Positions 48,561 to 58,333 of a stretch of 64,000 nucleotides of DNA are shown piece by piece. Location: NCBI GenBank assembly GCA_050486505.1, contig JBJHDK010000003.1:3242-67241 (forward strand). Reading direction: 5' to 3'. This DNA is from Fibrobacteria bacterium (GTDB taxonomy: Bacteria > Fibrobacterota > Fibrobacteria > UBA11236). The first letter of the stretch is position 1; each line of letters begins with the position of its first letter. The notes under the pieces were generated by a model. That model made no database searches. It was not told the DNA's origin and saw only the letters and a program-made list of their open reading frames with translations. The translations under genes were made by a program, and so were the position numbers.

Positions 48561-48974
48561 CTACGCGCGCGGCGTGATCGGCGCCTTCTTGTGGCGGCCC
48601 CACGCCACGAAGGCAGCGATCAACCCAAGGACGATCGGCATCAGCAGGGATCCCCCCTCGCCGCGGGCGATATGGAAGAACACGGCCAGAATCATGACGA
48701 TCGCAAGAAGCGCGCCTGACAGCGGCGTCAACGACGGCTTGATGCGCGTGAGCGCGGGGAGCACCAGCCCTGCCGCACCTGCGAGCTCGGCGGAGCCGAT
48801 GAAACGCACCAGCCACAGCGGGACATCCGGAGACCAGGGGACGTACATCGCCAGATCGAGAGGGGCCATGGTGACCTTCATCCACCCCGCCATGCCGAAA
48901 ACCAACGCGAGCACGAGTTGAGCGACCCAAAGGGTCAGGCGAAGCGATCTCGAGTCGGATGTGCGTGATTCCAT
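48561..48974 (-). CDS. DoxX-family membrane protein
   Basis: LWVAQLVLA...AGWMK, RFIGSAELAGAAGLVLP, AVFFHIARGE. Confidence 0.88.
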   Translation of the reverse strand: MESRTSDSRSLRLTLWVAQLVLALVFGMAGWMKVTMAPLDLAMYVPWSPDVPLWLVRFIGSAELAGAAGLVLPALTRIKPSLTPLSGALLAIVMILAVFFHIARGEGGSLLMPIVLGLIAAFVAWGRHKKAPITPRA

Positions 48975-49031
48975 GCGGACCTCCTGCGTTTCAGGTGAAC
49001 GTAACGCGGCAGGGCATCCCGCGCACGCGAT

Positions 49032-50273
49032 TTATCCCAGGGCGCGGCTGAAGTCCGCGACCAGGTCTTCCACGTCCTCGATTCCGACCGACACGCGCAC
49101 CAAGGATTCCGCGATCCCCATTTCGTGGCGCTTCTCCGCGCCCATCTCCCAGAAAATGGTCTGGGCGACCGGGATCACCAGGGTGCGCGAGTCACCGAGG
49201 TTGCTCGAGAGAATGGCGACCTGCAACCGGTCGAGGACGGCGAAGGTTTCCGAGGCATCGTCGAGTTCAAAGCTCAGCAAGGTTCCCGCACGGGAAAAAA
49301 GTTCTTTTGTTCGCGCGTACTGCGGATGGGAGGCTAGCCCGGGGTAATTGACCTTGCGAACACGTGGATGCTTCGACAGGGCCTCGGCCAGGATCTGCGC
49401 GCTGTCGCAGGCACGGGCGATGCGCAGCGGCAGCGTCTCCGATCCGATCGACAAGGTGTGCGCGGCCTCGGGCGAAAGCGTGCCTCCGAAGTCGCGCAGG
49501 CCTTTCTTGCGCAGCTGCAGCAGCGCCCACTGCTTCGTGTCGGGGACCTTGTAGAGATCGAGGATGCCCGAATATTTCGTCCAGTCGAAGCGGCCGAGAT
49601 CGGTCACGCTGCCACCCAGGGCGTCGCCGTGTCCGCCGAAGTGCTTCGACAGGGAGTTCACCGAGAACGTCGCATCGACGCTCTTCGGGAGGAAGAGGCA
49701 GGCCGAGGTCAGGGTGTTGTCGACCACGTACATGATGCCTCGGTCGTGGCACAGAGCGCCGATGCCGGCCAGATCCGCGATCTGGGTCACGGGGTTGGCG
49801 ATGGTTTCCACCAGCACGGCGCGGGTTTCAGGTCGAAGCGCCGACTCCACGGTGCGAACGTCCGTGGCATCCACGAAGGTGACTGAAATGCCGACACGCG
49901 CCAGTGTGTTCAACTGGCTGGCAGTGTTTCCGAACAGGTAGCGGCTCGATACGATGTGATCCCCCTGGCGCAGCAGCGACAGCAGGAGTCCCCCCAATGC
50001 CGCCATGCCCGTACCGAAGCACACGGTGCCCACGCCCTGTTCCAGCGCGGTGACCTTGGCTTCCACCGCGGCGACGGTGGGGTTCGATTGGCGGGCGTAG
50101 GCGTAACCCTTTTGTTTTCCCTGGAACACGGCGGCCAGATCGGCGGCCTTCTCGTAACCGTAGGCAATGGACGTGTGGATCGGCTTGTGGAGTGAGCCGT
50201 GTTCGGGTTTGCCGAGGCGGTCGGAGTGCAGCAGGGTCGTGGTCAGACCGTGTTTAGGGGGCTCGGATTTCAT
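49032..50273 (-). CDS. Cys/Met metabolism PLP-dependent enzyme (cystathionine gamma-synthase family)
   Basis: YARQSNPT, TGMAA, ETIANP, VDNT, NSLSKHFGGHG (PLP Lys), NLGD, RVSVGIED. Confidence 0.92.
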   Translation of the reverse strand: MKSEPPKHGLTTTLLHSDRLGKPEHGSLHKPIHTSIAYGYEKAADLAAVFQGKQKGYAYARQSNPTVAAVEAKVTALEQGVGTVCFGTGMAALGGLLLSLLRQGDHIVSSRYLFGNTASQLNTLARVGISVTFVDATDVRTVESALRPETRAVLVETIANPVTQIADLAGIGALCHDRGIMYVVDNTLTSACLFLPKSVDATFSVNSLSKHFGGHGDALGGSVTDLGRFDWTKYSGILDLYKVPDTKQWALLQLRKKGLRDFGGTLSPEAAHTLSIGSETLPLRIARACDSAQILAEALSKHPRVRKVNYPGLASHPQYARTKELFSRAGTLLSFELDDASETFAVLDRLQVAILSSNLGDSRTLVIPVAQTIFWEMGAEKRHEMGIAESLVRVSVGIEDVEDLVADFSRALG

Positions 50274-50298
50274 TTCAGGGGTAAAAATGCATTGAAAA

Positions 50299-53200
50299 TC
50301 AGAACCCGCCGAGCGTGAACCCCACGAAGAAGCGCGCCTGGCGCACGTTTTCGAGGTAATCCCCGGGAGTGGCGTAACCGCGCCCCGCCCATTCCTGGAG
50401 GTAGACGTTTTCCTCACGGAGTTGGTTCCAGGGCTTGAAAACCATCGCATACAGATCCATGGGGATACGGTGGTAGAACATGAAGGTTGCCGACACGCGC
50501 GCCCCGTAATCCATCAACAAGTAGTGTTCGCCGCGTGACAGCGCTCCCGGAAGGTTGTCTGGCGTTCGGTTGAGCACTGTGCCCGCGTTTCCGATCAGGC
50601 TCAGTTGGAGCTTGTTCAGCGAACTGAAGGGCGACGGTGGCTCCAGATAACTCCGGACCTTCAGGGGGAAGTCGGCCTGCACCCGGGTCCAGGTCATCGC
50701 CGTTCCCTGCAGGATGTCGCGCCCCCGGTACTGGAAGCTGTAGGGATAGCCCGGCATGAAAAAGGCCAGACGATAGGGCATCACCCACAGGTTGGGGTGC
50801 AGTGAGGCGGCCTCGGTGCGGCTTGCCTGTGAGACGGCGATGCTGTCGCGCACCACGGGAAACTTGTGGGTGAAGAATCCGGTCTGGTGCTGCAGCGAGA
50901 GGGTCACGCGTTCTCCGTGCGACCAGGCTCCGAACCCTCCGAAGTCCATCTGCCACGGCGCGAAATCGGCCTTGGTGTATTGGAATGCGGGAACCGGTCG
51001 ATCTTGCCAGAGAGCTTGCGCGAAGCCTCCGGGAATCGAGTCGGTGGGAATGGGCTCGTCCGCGTAGCGCGTCCACCATTGCGCCAGCGAGGCCTGGAAC
51101 CCGAAGTATTGCGGCAGGGCGGTGCCGAAGGCGGGGCGGTACCACTGCAATGTCGCGCGCTGGAAGAGGTGGCGGTGCAGGGAGGTTTCCAGCACCCTGT
51201 AGGAGTAGGGGAAGACCAGCTCCTGGCCAGTGGACTGGTTGCGGTAGCGTTCGGTCACCGACTCGTCGAAGACCACATTCTGGTTCCAGTAGCGTGCCTG
51301 CCACCACGTCCCGAGGAATCCGCCGCCCAGGCGCAGCCCGTTGAGTGGAAGCATCGTCTCGCCCTGCAGCACGTCGTAGGTGTACTTGATGCGGTCATCC
51401 ACGCGAATGCTCGCGTCGTACAGGTCGACGCCGTCGGTGACCGTGTCGCGCAGGGTGAAACCGAACGCCTGGTGCCGCACGTCGCGCGACGCCACATAGA
51501 AGAGGTTGGGCGTCCAGCCATAGCGGTGGTGCCATGCGGTCACGCCGGACCATTGCCCTCCGTACGAAAGGCCGTAGTCGAGCTGCGTGCTCGCATCAAC
51601 CTTCTTCGACATGTACCCGCCGAAGAATTGCGAAAGTCCTCCCGAGACGGGGCCGAGCGCGACCTGCAACCCGATGTCCACATTGAGGTCGGCGAAGGTG
51701 GTGTCGTCGAGGAACTGCGGCGAGACGCTCAGGTAGGGCGCGAGGTTCCATGCCACTTTCTTCACGCGCGGCTCGCGCGATTGCGCTGCCTTCGAATATT
51801 CCAGCCGTTTGGGGTGGAGGGGGGCCAGCGTGTCGGCCGTTCCCTGCCAGGGGGCTTCCGGAGTCAACTCCGCCGGGCCTCGGAAGATGCCGAAGCGCTG
51901 GTTTCGGTAGCCTTGGTAGTAGAGCTGCCCGGCGTGCAATTGCGGTTCCAGCGCCTGGGTGCGGTTGCGTGTCATGCGGTACAGGGTGTCGCCGGGCGGG
52001 AGCGCGAACGCGTTGTAGACCCCGTCGCGTCCATCGGTGGAGAACAGCAGCGTATCCCCCGTGAAGCGCAGGTCGCGATACGACGCTTCCTCCAGCGGGG
52101 TGACCAGCCGCACGGAGTGCCCCGCGGCGACGTGTAGCGAGTCCGGGAAGGTCGCCGAGTCCTCGAGCGCGGCGAAGGGGTCCCACGCGGGGACGTCGGC
52201 CGCCACGGCGGCGATGGCCTCGCGGCCGTGGCGGCCGAGCACGAAGTAGATGCTGTCGGCCGCAGGGTTGTAGCGCGGGGTGTAAACCTGTTCGCCGTTC
52301 GTGAAGCGCGTAAGTTGGCGGATGCGTCCCGAGGCGTCCATCACGGCGACATTCGAGCTGCCGCGCTCGAAGCGGGCATATACGATGGTGCCCGACTCGG
52401 TCGGGTGGTAGGCGGCATCGGAAGCCCGCTCATGCCAGGTGAGTCGCCGCCATTTTTCCCGCTCCGGTACGCGGGCACGGAAGGCGTACTCCCAGATGTC
52501 GCTGTAGGGCGAACCCCAGGCGTTGCGCGTGGTGAGCAGGCGCGTGCCGTCATGGTTGAATTCGAGCCCGGCCGACCCGAACTCGCGGCTGCGCCCCCCG
52601 GGAAGGTGCAGGGGATCGTGGGCCACCGCCGGCTCGGGCAGGGAGAATCGCGGGCGCAGGGCGGGGTGGGCGCCTGCAGGGAACCGGAAGTCCGGTGCCG
52701 GGGACGCGAGTCCCGGAGCGCTGCGCGGCGGGGAGTCCCCTCCCTCGGCGGGATAGTCCGTCACGGGTTCCGCCGAGCGGCCTTCCTCCGGCCCCCCCAC
52801 TTCCTTCCAATGGATCCAGTTGAGCGGGAAGCGGCGGTCGTCGTTGCCCAGCCAGGCCATGTACCGGCCGTCGCGCGAGAAGGCGAGCGATTGCACGTAG
52901 CTTCCCTTCATGTCGGCGTCGGCGGGGACATCTTCGGGAAGTTGTTCGAAGTCGCCGTAGGTTTCGGCCAGATAGTGCGTCCATTCGGCGTAAAGGGCGG
53001 AGAGAGGCCTGCCGAACGCTTCCTCGACGGCCCGCCCGAAGTGGAACAGGGGCTTGGGGAAGGCGAGCTCGCGGACGGCGTCGATGCCGTCGCGGTCGCG
53101 CAGCCAGCGGAGGAAGGCGTAGCCGGTGTTGTAGACGCGCTCGGCCTGGACCCAGTCGCCGTCGAAGGTTTCGATCTCGCCGAGCGTGGGCAAGGTGCCC

Positions 53201-53802
53201 GTGAGCCAGGCGTCGCGCACGATCATGTCGCGCTGCGAGTCCCACGTGTCGAAGCCTGCCTCCTCGGCCTCGAGCTGGGCGATGCCCTCGATCCACCAGT
53301 TGGGAGCGGCGACGGGGATCCACGGCAACGTCAGCCCGTAGTTGATGCGGCGGTTGAAGGTGTAGCCGCCGAGCATGGCGTGGCTGAAGGGAGTGAGACG
53401 GGCCTTCTGGCGCAGACTGAAGACGTGCGCGAGCTCGTGGACGACGACGTTGCCCAGCCAGTTGCGCCGCCCGCGCATCACCCAGTTCATGTGGGGCAGG
53501 TAGATCTCCACGCGGGAGAAGGGGTAAATGGCGCTTCCGTTCGCCACGTCGCCGCGGTCGGAGAGAAAGATGTCGATGATCTGGTAGTCGCCGTAAGCGT
53601 CGTAGGCGCGGGCGAGGGTCGGCCAGACCGCCTCCGAAATGCGAAGGATTTCACCGGCGACCTGTTCGTGCTCCTTGGCGAAATAAATGCGGTAGTGCTG
53701 GCTTTGCAGCATCTGGGCATTTTGCGCGAAGGCTCCCGTGGAGAGCAGGATGAGCAGTGCGATCCACGGGGTTCCGGGGCGAAAGAAAGGACGGAAAGTC
53801 AT
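50299..53802 (-). CDS. Large exported protein: HExxH metallopeptidase-like domain, PD40/TolB-like propeller and C-terminal beta-barrel
   Basis: Signal peptide; VVHELAHVF with downstream WWIEGIAQ; AFSRDGR and RQLT propeller motifs; ends FFVGFTLGGF. Confidence 0.8.
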   Translation of the reverse strand: MTFRPFFRPGTPWIALLILLSTGAFAQNAQMLQSQHYRIYFAKEHEQVAGEILRISEAVWPTLARAYDAYGDYQIIDIFLSDRGDVANGSAIYPFSRVEIYLPHMNWVMRGRRNWLGNVVVHELAHVFSLRQKARLTPFSHAMLGGYTFNRRINYGLTLPWIPVAAPNWWIEGIAQLEAEEAGFDTWDSQRDMIVRDAWLTGTLPTLGEIETFDGDWVQAERVYNTGYAFLRWLRDRDGIDAVRELAFPKPLFHFGRAVEEAFGRPLSALYAEWTHYLAETYGDFEQLPEDVPADADMKGSYVQSLAFSRDGRYMAWLGNDDRRFPLNWIHWKEVGGPEEGRSAEPVTDYPAEGGDSPPRSAPGLASPAPDFRFPAGAHPALRPRFSLPEPAVAHDPLHLPGGRSREFGSAGLEFNHDGTRLLTTRNAWGSPYSDIWEYAFRARVPEREKWRRLTWHERASDAAYHPTESGTIVYARFERGSSNVAVMDASGRIRQLTRFTNGEQVYTPRYNPAADSIYFVLGRHGREAIAAVAADVPAWDPFAALEDSATFPDSLHVAAGHSVRLVTPLEEASYRDLRFTGDTLLFSTDGRDGVYNAFALPPGDTLYRMTRNRTQALEPQLHAGQLYYQGYRNQRFGIFRGPAELTPEAPWQGTADTLAPLHPKRLEYSKAAQSREPRVKKVAWNLAPYLSVSPQFLDDTTFADLNVDIGLQVALGPVSGGLSQFFGGYMSKKVDASTQLDYGLSYGGQWSGVTAWHHRYGWTPNLFYVASRDVRHQAFGFTLRDTVTDGVDLYDASIRVDDRIKYTYDVLQGETMLPLNGLRLGGGFLGTWWQARYWNQNVVFDESVTERYRNQSTGQELVFPYSYRVLETSLHRHLFQRATLQWYRPAFGTALPQYFGFQASLAQWWTRYADEPIPTDSIPGGFAQALWQDRPVPAFQYTKADFAPWQMDFGGFGAWSHGERVTLSLQHQTGFFTHKFPVVRDSIAVSQASRTEAASLHPNLWVMPYRLAFFMPGYPYSFQYRGRDILQGTAMTWTRVQADFPLKVRSYLEPPSPFSSLNKLQLSLIGNAGTVLNRTPDNLPGALSRGEHYLLMDYGARVSATFMFYHRIPMDLYAMVFKPWNQLREENVYLQEWAGRGYATPGDYLENVRQARFFVGFTLGGF

Positions 53803-53933
53803 ATGGCCGCCAATTTAGCGCAAAATCGTCGAGAGGCCGGCGAAAATAAACGTGACGGACATTATCCTTTGTGAATCCCACGCTGGCCGGACAGGGTAAA
53901 TTTTCCCCGATCACCTTCGTCCGGGAGCCCGAC

Positions 53934-55322
53934 ATGCATCAGATTCTCCGCCTCAGCGTGCTGCTTTCCCTGTGCCTGGCCGTTGCCGTCGAGGCGCGCT
54001 TGCGGGGCCAGCTCGAACTGTTTTTCGACTTCGCTCCCCAGGACTCGGTCGTGCGCCTTGAACAGCCCGCCGCGGGGCAATTGCGCGTCGAGGTCGTCGA
54101 CACCGAATCCGGAGAGCGCCGCGTGCTCACGGAGCGGGTCGCGGCGGGCGCGGCGGAGCGGCTGCGGGAGCAGGCGCTCGAGCAGGGCGTCTCCGTGGGA
54201 ACATGGGTTGCAGGACGCGTCGACGCGACGACGGTGGATGGGGACGGGCGCAGGGAGGATTACCTGTCGGGCCCGCGCGAGCTCAGGCGCAACCGCCTCA
54301 ACTATGTCATCACCCAGACGGTCTACAGCATGTACGTCTACTCGATCGCCGTTCCCGTGGCATTTGATGCTCCCGACAAGGCTGCGGCCGCCCAGCTTCT
54401 CAGCATTCCGGTGGGTTTCGGCACCCACTTTTATCTCTCCCGCGACAAGGAATTCCACGACGCCCACGTGTGGTCCACCGCGTACTTCGCCGGCAGCGGG
54501 ATCGCCCTCTCCTACGCGATTCCGTTCGCGCTTCTGGGCTTCAACGAAACCGCCTTCAGGACGGGAAGCTTAGCCGCCATGGCCGGGTATCCCGTCGGCC
54601 TGTGGATGGGGTACACCCACGGAGACCAACTCGTGGATAACCCGGGTCGCGTGAGATTGCAGTCGACGATGGCCGTGACCGCCGCCGCGATGGGGTTCCT
54701 GACGGGGATGACCTGGACTCCCGAAAACGGCGGTGACATCTACGGACGGGTAATGGTCGCCCAGGCCGCCGCCGCAGGTGTGGCGGGCCATTACCTCTCC
54801 TACTCCTACAGGGCGCACGAGGCGGTTCCCGCGGGGGTGGGCACCGGTGTCGGCACGCACGCGATTCTGGGGTTCCTGGGGGGTGCCACGCTGGCGGTTT
54901 GGGCCGATCTTGATGATGTCCGCCCCGCCGCGGCCCTCATGCTGGCCGGCACGGGCGCGGGTCTCGCAGAGGGCTTGTATTTCTTCCGGAACCGGTACGA
55001 TTCCTTCGAGAAGGCGCGTTATGACCGCTGGGGTGCGATCGGTGGCGCTGTCATCCCCCTGGGATTGGCCGCGCTGTTCGGAGGGGAACCTGATCCGAAG
55101 CTGTTGATGGGGCTCACCACCGCGGGAGCCGTGGGCGGTTACGCCATCACCTACAGCCTGACGAGCCATTTGCAGGAGTCCCCCCGCGATGTGCGGCACA
55201 AGGGGCACCCCGGTTTTTCGTTCGATCTGATGCCGGTCCCCGAGATGTATGCCTACGAAACACCCGAGGGTCGCGAGGTTGCCATGCGATTGCGCGTCCC
55301 CGGCGCGACCTTGCGGTTTTGA
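53934..55322 (+). CDS. Hypothetical exported/membrane protein with many Gly/Ala-rich hydrophobic helices
   Basis: Signal peptide MHQILRLSVLLSLCLAVAVEA; repeated GxxxG helices; ends RVPGATLRF. Confidence 0.75.
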   Translation: MHQILRLSVLLSLCLAVAVEARLRGQLELFFDFAPQDSVVRLEQPAAGQLRVEVVDTESGERRVLTERVAAGAAERLREQALEQGVSVGTWVAGRVDATTVDGDGRREDYLSGPRELRRNRLNYVITQTVYSMYVYSIAVPVAFDAPDKAAAAQLLSIPVGFGTHFYLSRDKEFHDAHVWSTAYFAGSGIALSYAIPFALLGFNETAFRTGSLAAMAGYPVGLWMGYTHGDQLVDNPGRVRLQSTMAVTAAAMGFLTGMTWTPENGGDIYGRVMVAQAAAAGVAGHYLSYSYRAHEAVPAGVGTGVGTHAILGFLGGATLAVWADLDDVRPAAALMLAGTGAGLAEGLYFFRNRYDSFEKARYDRWGAIGGAVIPLGLAALFGGEPDPKLLMGLTTAGAVGGYAITYSLTSHLQESPRDVRHKGHPGFSFDLMPVPEMYAYETPEGREVAMRLRVPGATLRF

Positions 55323-55334
55323 TTCCGCAACGAA

Positions 55335-56240
55335 TCAGTCGCCGGGGTTGAGTCCCAGCAAGGCGATTCCCGCGACTGCGGCGGCGGCCCCGATCAGGGT
55401 GCGTGGCTCGAAGCGTGTGCCGTAGTGCCAGGCGCCCAAGGGCATCACGATCAGTGGCGTCATGAACGTGATCGTCGCGACCACGCCGGCGGGCTGGTAT
55501 TTCATCGCGGCGACATAAAGACTCATGCCGCCGACGGGACCGACGAGGGTTCCCAGCAGCATGCGCTTGCGTATCCACGGGTCGCGCAAGGTCGCGAAGC
55601 TTCGGGGAACGAGCCCGCGTGCGCCGGCGATGGCGAAGATGAGCGCGGCGGCAGCTCCCACCCGGACAACGGTTGCATCGAGCGGAGAGAGGTCGGGCGC
55701 GCGCAGGAAAGCCTCGCGCGCCAGTACGGTGCCCAGCCCGAGGCACATCGCCGCGATGACGCCGTTCGACGCGCCGCTCCATGCGCTCGTGTTACCGCCC
55801 GCCGGCCGCCATGTCGCGGCTACCAGTCCCGACAGGATGAGGGCCATGCCGCCGATCTGCACGAGCGAGAGGATCTCACGCAACCAGAACCATGCGATGA
55901 CGGCGGTGGCCGCAGGTGCCAGCGAGATCAGCAGGGAGGTACGTTCGGGTCCGATGTGGTAGAACGAGCGGTACAGATAGTAGTCGCCCAGTCCGAGGCC
56001 GACCCAACCCGACAAGGCGAGAAGCAGGACGGCGTCCGCGCCGGGGAGGCCGCTGTATCCCGAGGCGAGCCGCTGCGCGACACAGAGCGCCAGCAGGAGG
56101 GGCATCGCCAGCTGCAGGCGCAGGAGGTTCGTGGCGAACGGGCCGATGCGCCGTCCGGTGGCCGTGAAGAAAAACGGCGACAGCGACCACAGGCTGAGGG
56201 CGCCGAGAGCGAGGAAAAGGCCGAAGGTGCTGTTCGACAT
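55335..56240 (-). CDS. DMT/EamA family transporter
   Basis: About 10 TM helices, SGWVGLGLGD...IGP, WFWLRE motifs. Confidence 0.88.
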   Translation of the reverse strand: MSNSTFGLFLALGALSLWSLSPFFFTATGRRIGPFATNLLRLQLAMPLLLALCVAQRLASGYSGLPGADAVLLLALSGWVGLGLGDYYLYRSFYHIGPERTSLLISLAPAATAVIAWFWLREILSLVQIGGMALILSGLVAATWRPAGGNTSAWSGASNGVIAAMCLGLGTVLAREAFLRAPDLSPLDATVVRVGAAAALIFAIAGARGLVPRSFATLRDPWIRKRMLLGTLVGPVGGMSLYVAAMKYQPAGVVATITFMTPLIVMPLGAWHYGTRFEPRTLIGAAAAVAGIALLGLNPGD

Positions 56241-56263
56241 CAGGGGTTACCGCGGCGGCGGTC

Positions 56264-56351
56264 AATGGACCCGGTGGACCCGATGGACAGCATGGACTTT
56301 ATGGACAGAAAATGGATGACCGCCTTGTCCATAAAGTCCATGCTGTCCATC
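56264..56351. repeat. Inverted pair of 9-mer (ATGGACnnn) tandem arrays
   Basis: Perfect 26-bp arms 56282-56307 and 56326-56351, 18-nt spacer, extra units from 56264. Confidence 0.85.
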
Positions 56352-58236
56352 AATTTTCGCCGCCGCCCAGCGCTTCCTTCAACAGCCCGTTCACCTTGGC
56401 GACGTAGCCTGCCGGGTCGCGGGGTTCCGAGCCCTCGGCGAGCAGGGCCTGGTCGACGAGCACCGCGTACCAGTCCGTCAGCTTCGCATCCTGCGGGTCG
56501 GCTTCGAAGCGGGCTTTCAGACGGGCGATGATGGGATGCTCCGGGTTGATTTCGAGGATGCGCTTGCTTTCGGGAACCTTCTGGTTCGACATCTTCAGGA
56601 TGCGCTCCAGGTTCGCCCCGAGCTCGTCCTCGCCCGACACCAGGCAACAGGGGCTCTCGTCGAGCCGCGAGGTGACCCGTACTTCCTTGAGCGTTTCGCC
56701 CATCTTCGCCGCGAAGTCTTCCGTAAACGTCGCGTAGTCGCCCTTGGCCTTCTCTTCGCGTTCCTTCTCCTCCTTCGTCAGTTCGCCGAGATCAAGCGCG
56801 CCCTTGGCCGCGTGCACGAGTTTTTTACCGTCGAAGTCGGGCAGGGCCTGCACCACCCATTCGTCGATCGGGTCGACGAGGTACAGCACCTCCACGCCCT
56901 TCTTGCGGAACACTTCGAGGTGCGGGCTGCCCTCGGCCGCTTTGCGGCTCTCGGCGGTGAGGTAATAGATGTCCTTCTGCCCGTCCTTCATGTTCACCAC
57001 ATAATCCTGCAGGCCGGTCAGCTCGCCCGCCGCGAGTCGGCCCGACTCGAAGCGCAGCAGGCGCGTCAACGCATCGAGGTGTTCCCAGTTCATGTGGAAC
57101 CCCTCCTTCAGCACCGAGCCGAACTCCTTCCAGAACGCCTTGTATTTCTCCGGTTCGTCCTTCGCCAATGTCTCGAGAAGGTTCAGCGACTTGGTCACCG
57201 CCGATTCCTGGATCTTGCGCACCACGGCATTCTTTTGCAGGATCTCGCGCGACACATTGAGCGGCAGATCCTCGGAGTCCACCACGCCGCGCATGAAGCG
57301 CAGCCACGACGGCAGCAGTTCCTTGCAGTCATTCATGATGAACACCCGCTTCACGTAGAGCGAAAGCCCGTGCGGGCGGTCGGGGTAGAAAAGGTCATGG
57401 GGGGCCTTGGAGGGCACGTACAGCAGCGTGGTGAACTCGAGCGTGCCCTCGACCTTGTTGTGGGACCAAGCCAGGGGAGCTTCCGTGTCGTGGGACAGGT
57501 GCTTGTAGAATTCCGCGTGCTGCTCCGCAGACACCTCGCCCTTGGGGCGGCGCCACAACGGGGCGCGGTCGTTGAGGATCTCTTCCTCGCCCTTGTCGTT
57601 CACAAGGGCGATGGGGTGGGTGACATACTCGCTGTACTTCTTCACGATCGACCGCACGCGCCAGTCCTCGAGGAACTCCTTCGCGTCGTCCTTGAGGTGC
57701 AGCTCGATCACCGTGCCGCGCTTCTCCTTCTCGGTCTCTCCCAGCGTGAACGTCCCGTCGCCGGTGGATTCCCAGCGCAGGGCCGGGCCGTCTTCCCCGA
57801 GGCGTCGCGTCTCCAGGGAGACCCGGTCGGCCACCATGAACGCGGAATAGAACCCCACGCCGAATTGGCCGATGAGATTGGCGTCTTTCTTCTGGTCTCC
57901 GGTGAGCGATTCCAGGAACTTCTTCGTTCCCGAGTTGGCGATGGTGCCGATGTTGCGGATCACTTCCTCGCGGTTCATGCCGATGCCGTTGTCGATGATG
58001 CGCAGGACGCCTTGATCCTTGTCCGCCTCGAGGCGGATCTTGAAGGCGGAGTCGGCCCCCAACAGTTCCGTGTTCGTCAGCGACTCGAAGCGGGCCTTGT
58101 CGATGGCGTCCGAGGCGTTGGACACGAGCTCGCGCAGAAAGATTTCGCGGTTCGAGTAGAGGGAATGGATCATGAGGTGCAGCAGCTGCCGGACCTCGGT
58201 CTGGAACTCCATTTTTTCGGGTGCTTGCGTTGTCAT
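56350..58236 (-). CDS. htpG: Molecular chaperone HtpG (Hsp90)
   Basis: SLYSNREIFLRELVSNASDA, IGQFGVGFYSAF, GVVDSEDLPLNVSREILQ. Confidence 0.97.
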   Translation of the reverse strand: MTTQAPEKMEFQTEVRQLLHLMIHSLYSNREIFLRELVSNASDAIDKARFESLTNTELLGADSAFKIRLEADKDQGVLRIIDNGIGMNREEVIRNIGTIANSGTKKFLESLTGDQKKDANLIGQFGVGFYSAFMVADRVSLETRRLGEDGPALRWESTGDGTFTLGETEKEKRGTVIELHLKDDAKEFLEDWRVRSIVKKYSEYVTHPIALVNDKGEEEILNDRAPLWRRPKGEVSAEQHAEFYKHLSHDTEAPLAWSHNKVEGTLEFTTLLYVPSKAPHDLFYPDRPHGLSLYVKRVFIMNDCKELLPSWLRFMRGVVDSEDLPLNVSREILQKNAVVRKIQESAVTKSLNLLETLAKDEPEKYKAFWKEFGSVLKEGFHMNWEHLDALTRLLRFESGRLAAGELTGLQDYVVNMKDGQKDIYYLTAESRKAAEGSPHLEVFRKKGVEVLYLVDPIDEWVVQALPDFDGKKLVHAAKGALDLGELTKEEKEREEKAKGDYATFTEDFAAKMGETLKEVRVTSRLDESPCCLVSGEDELGANLERILKMSNQKVPESKRILEINPEHPIIARLKARFEADPQDAKLTDWYAVLVDQALLAEGSEPRDPAGYVAKVNGLLKEALGGGEN

Positions 58237-58333
58237 GCGTTCTCTCCAACGTTGAAAATCAGGGAATTCGGGACGTGGAAATTTAGCAGTTTCCCCGCCG
58301 TTTCCTAAGTTTCATCCACACAAGGAGGGTCGT

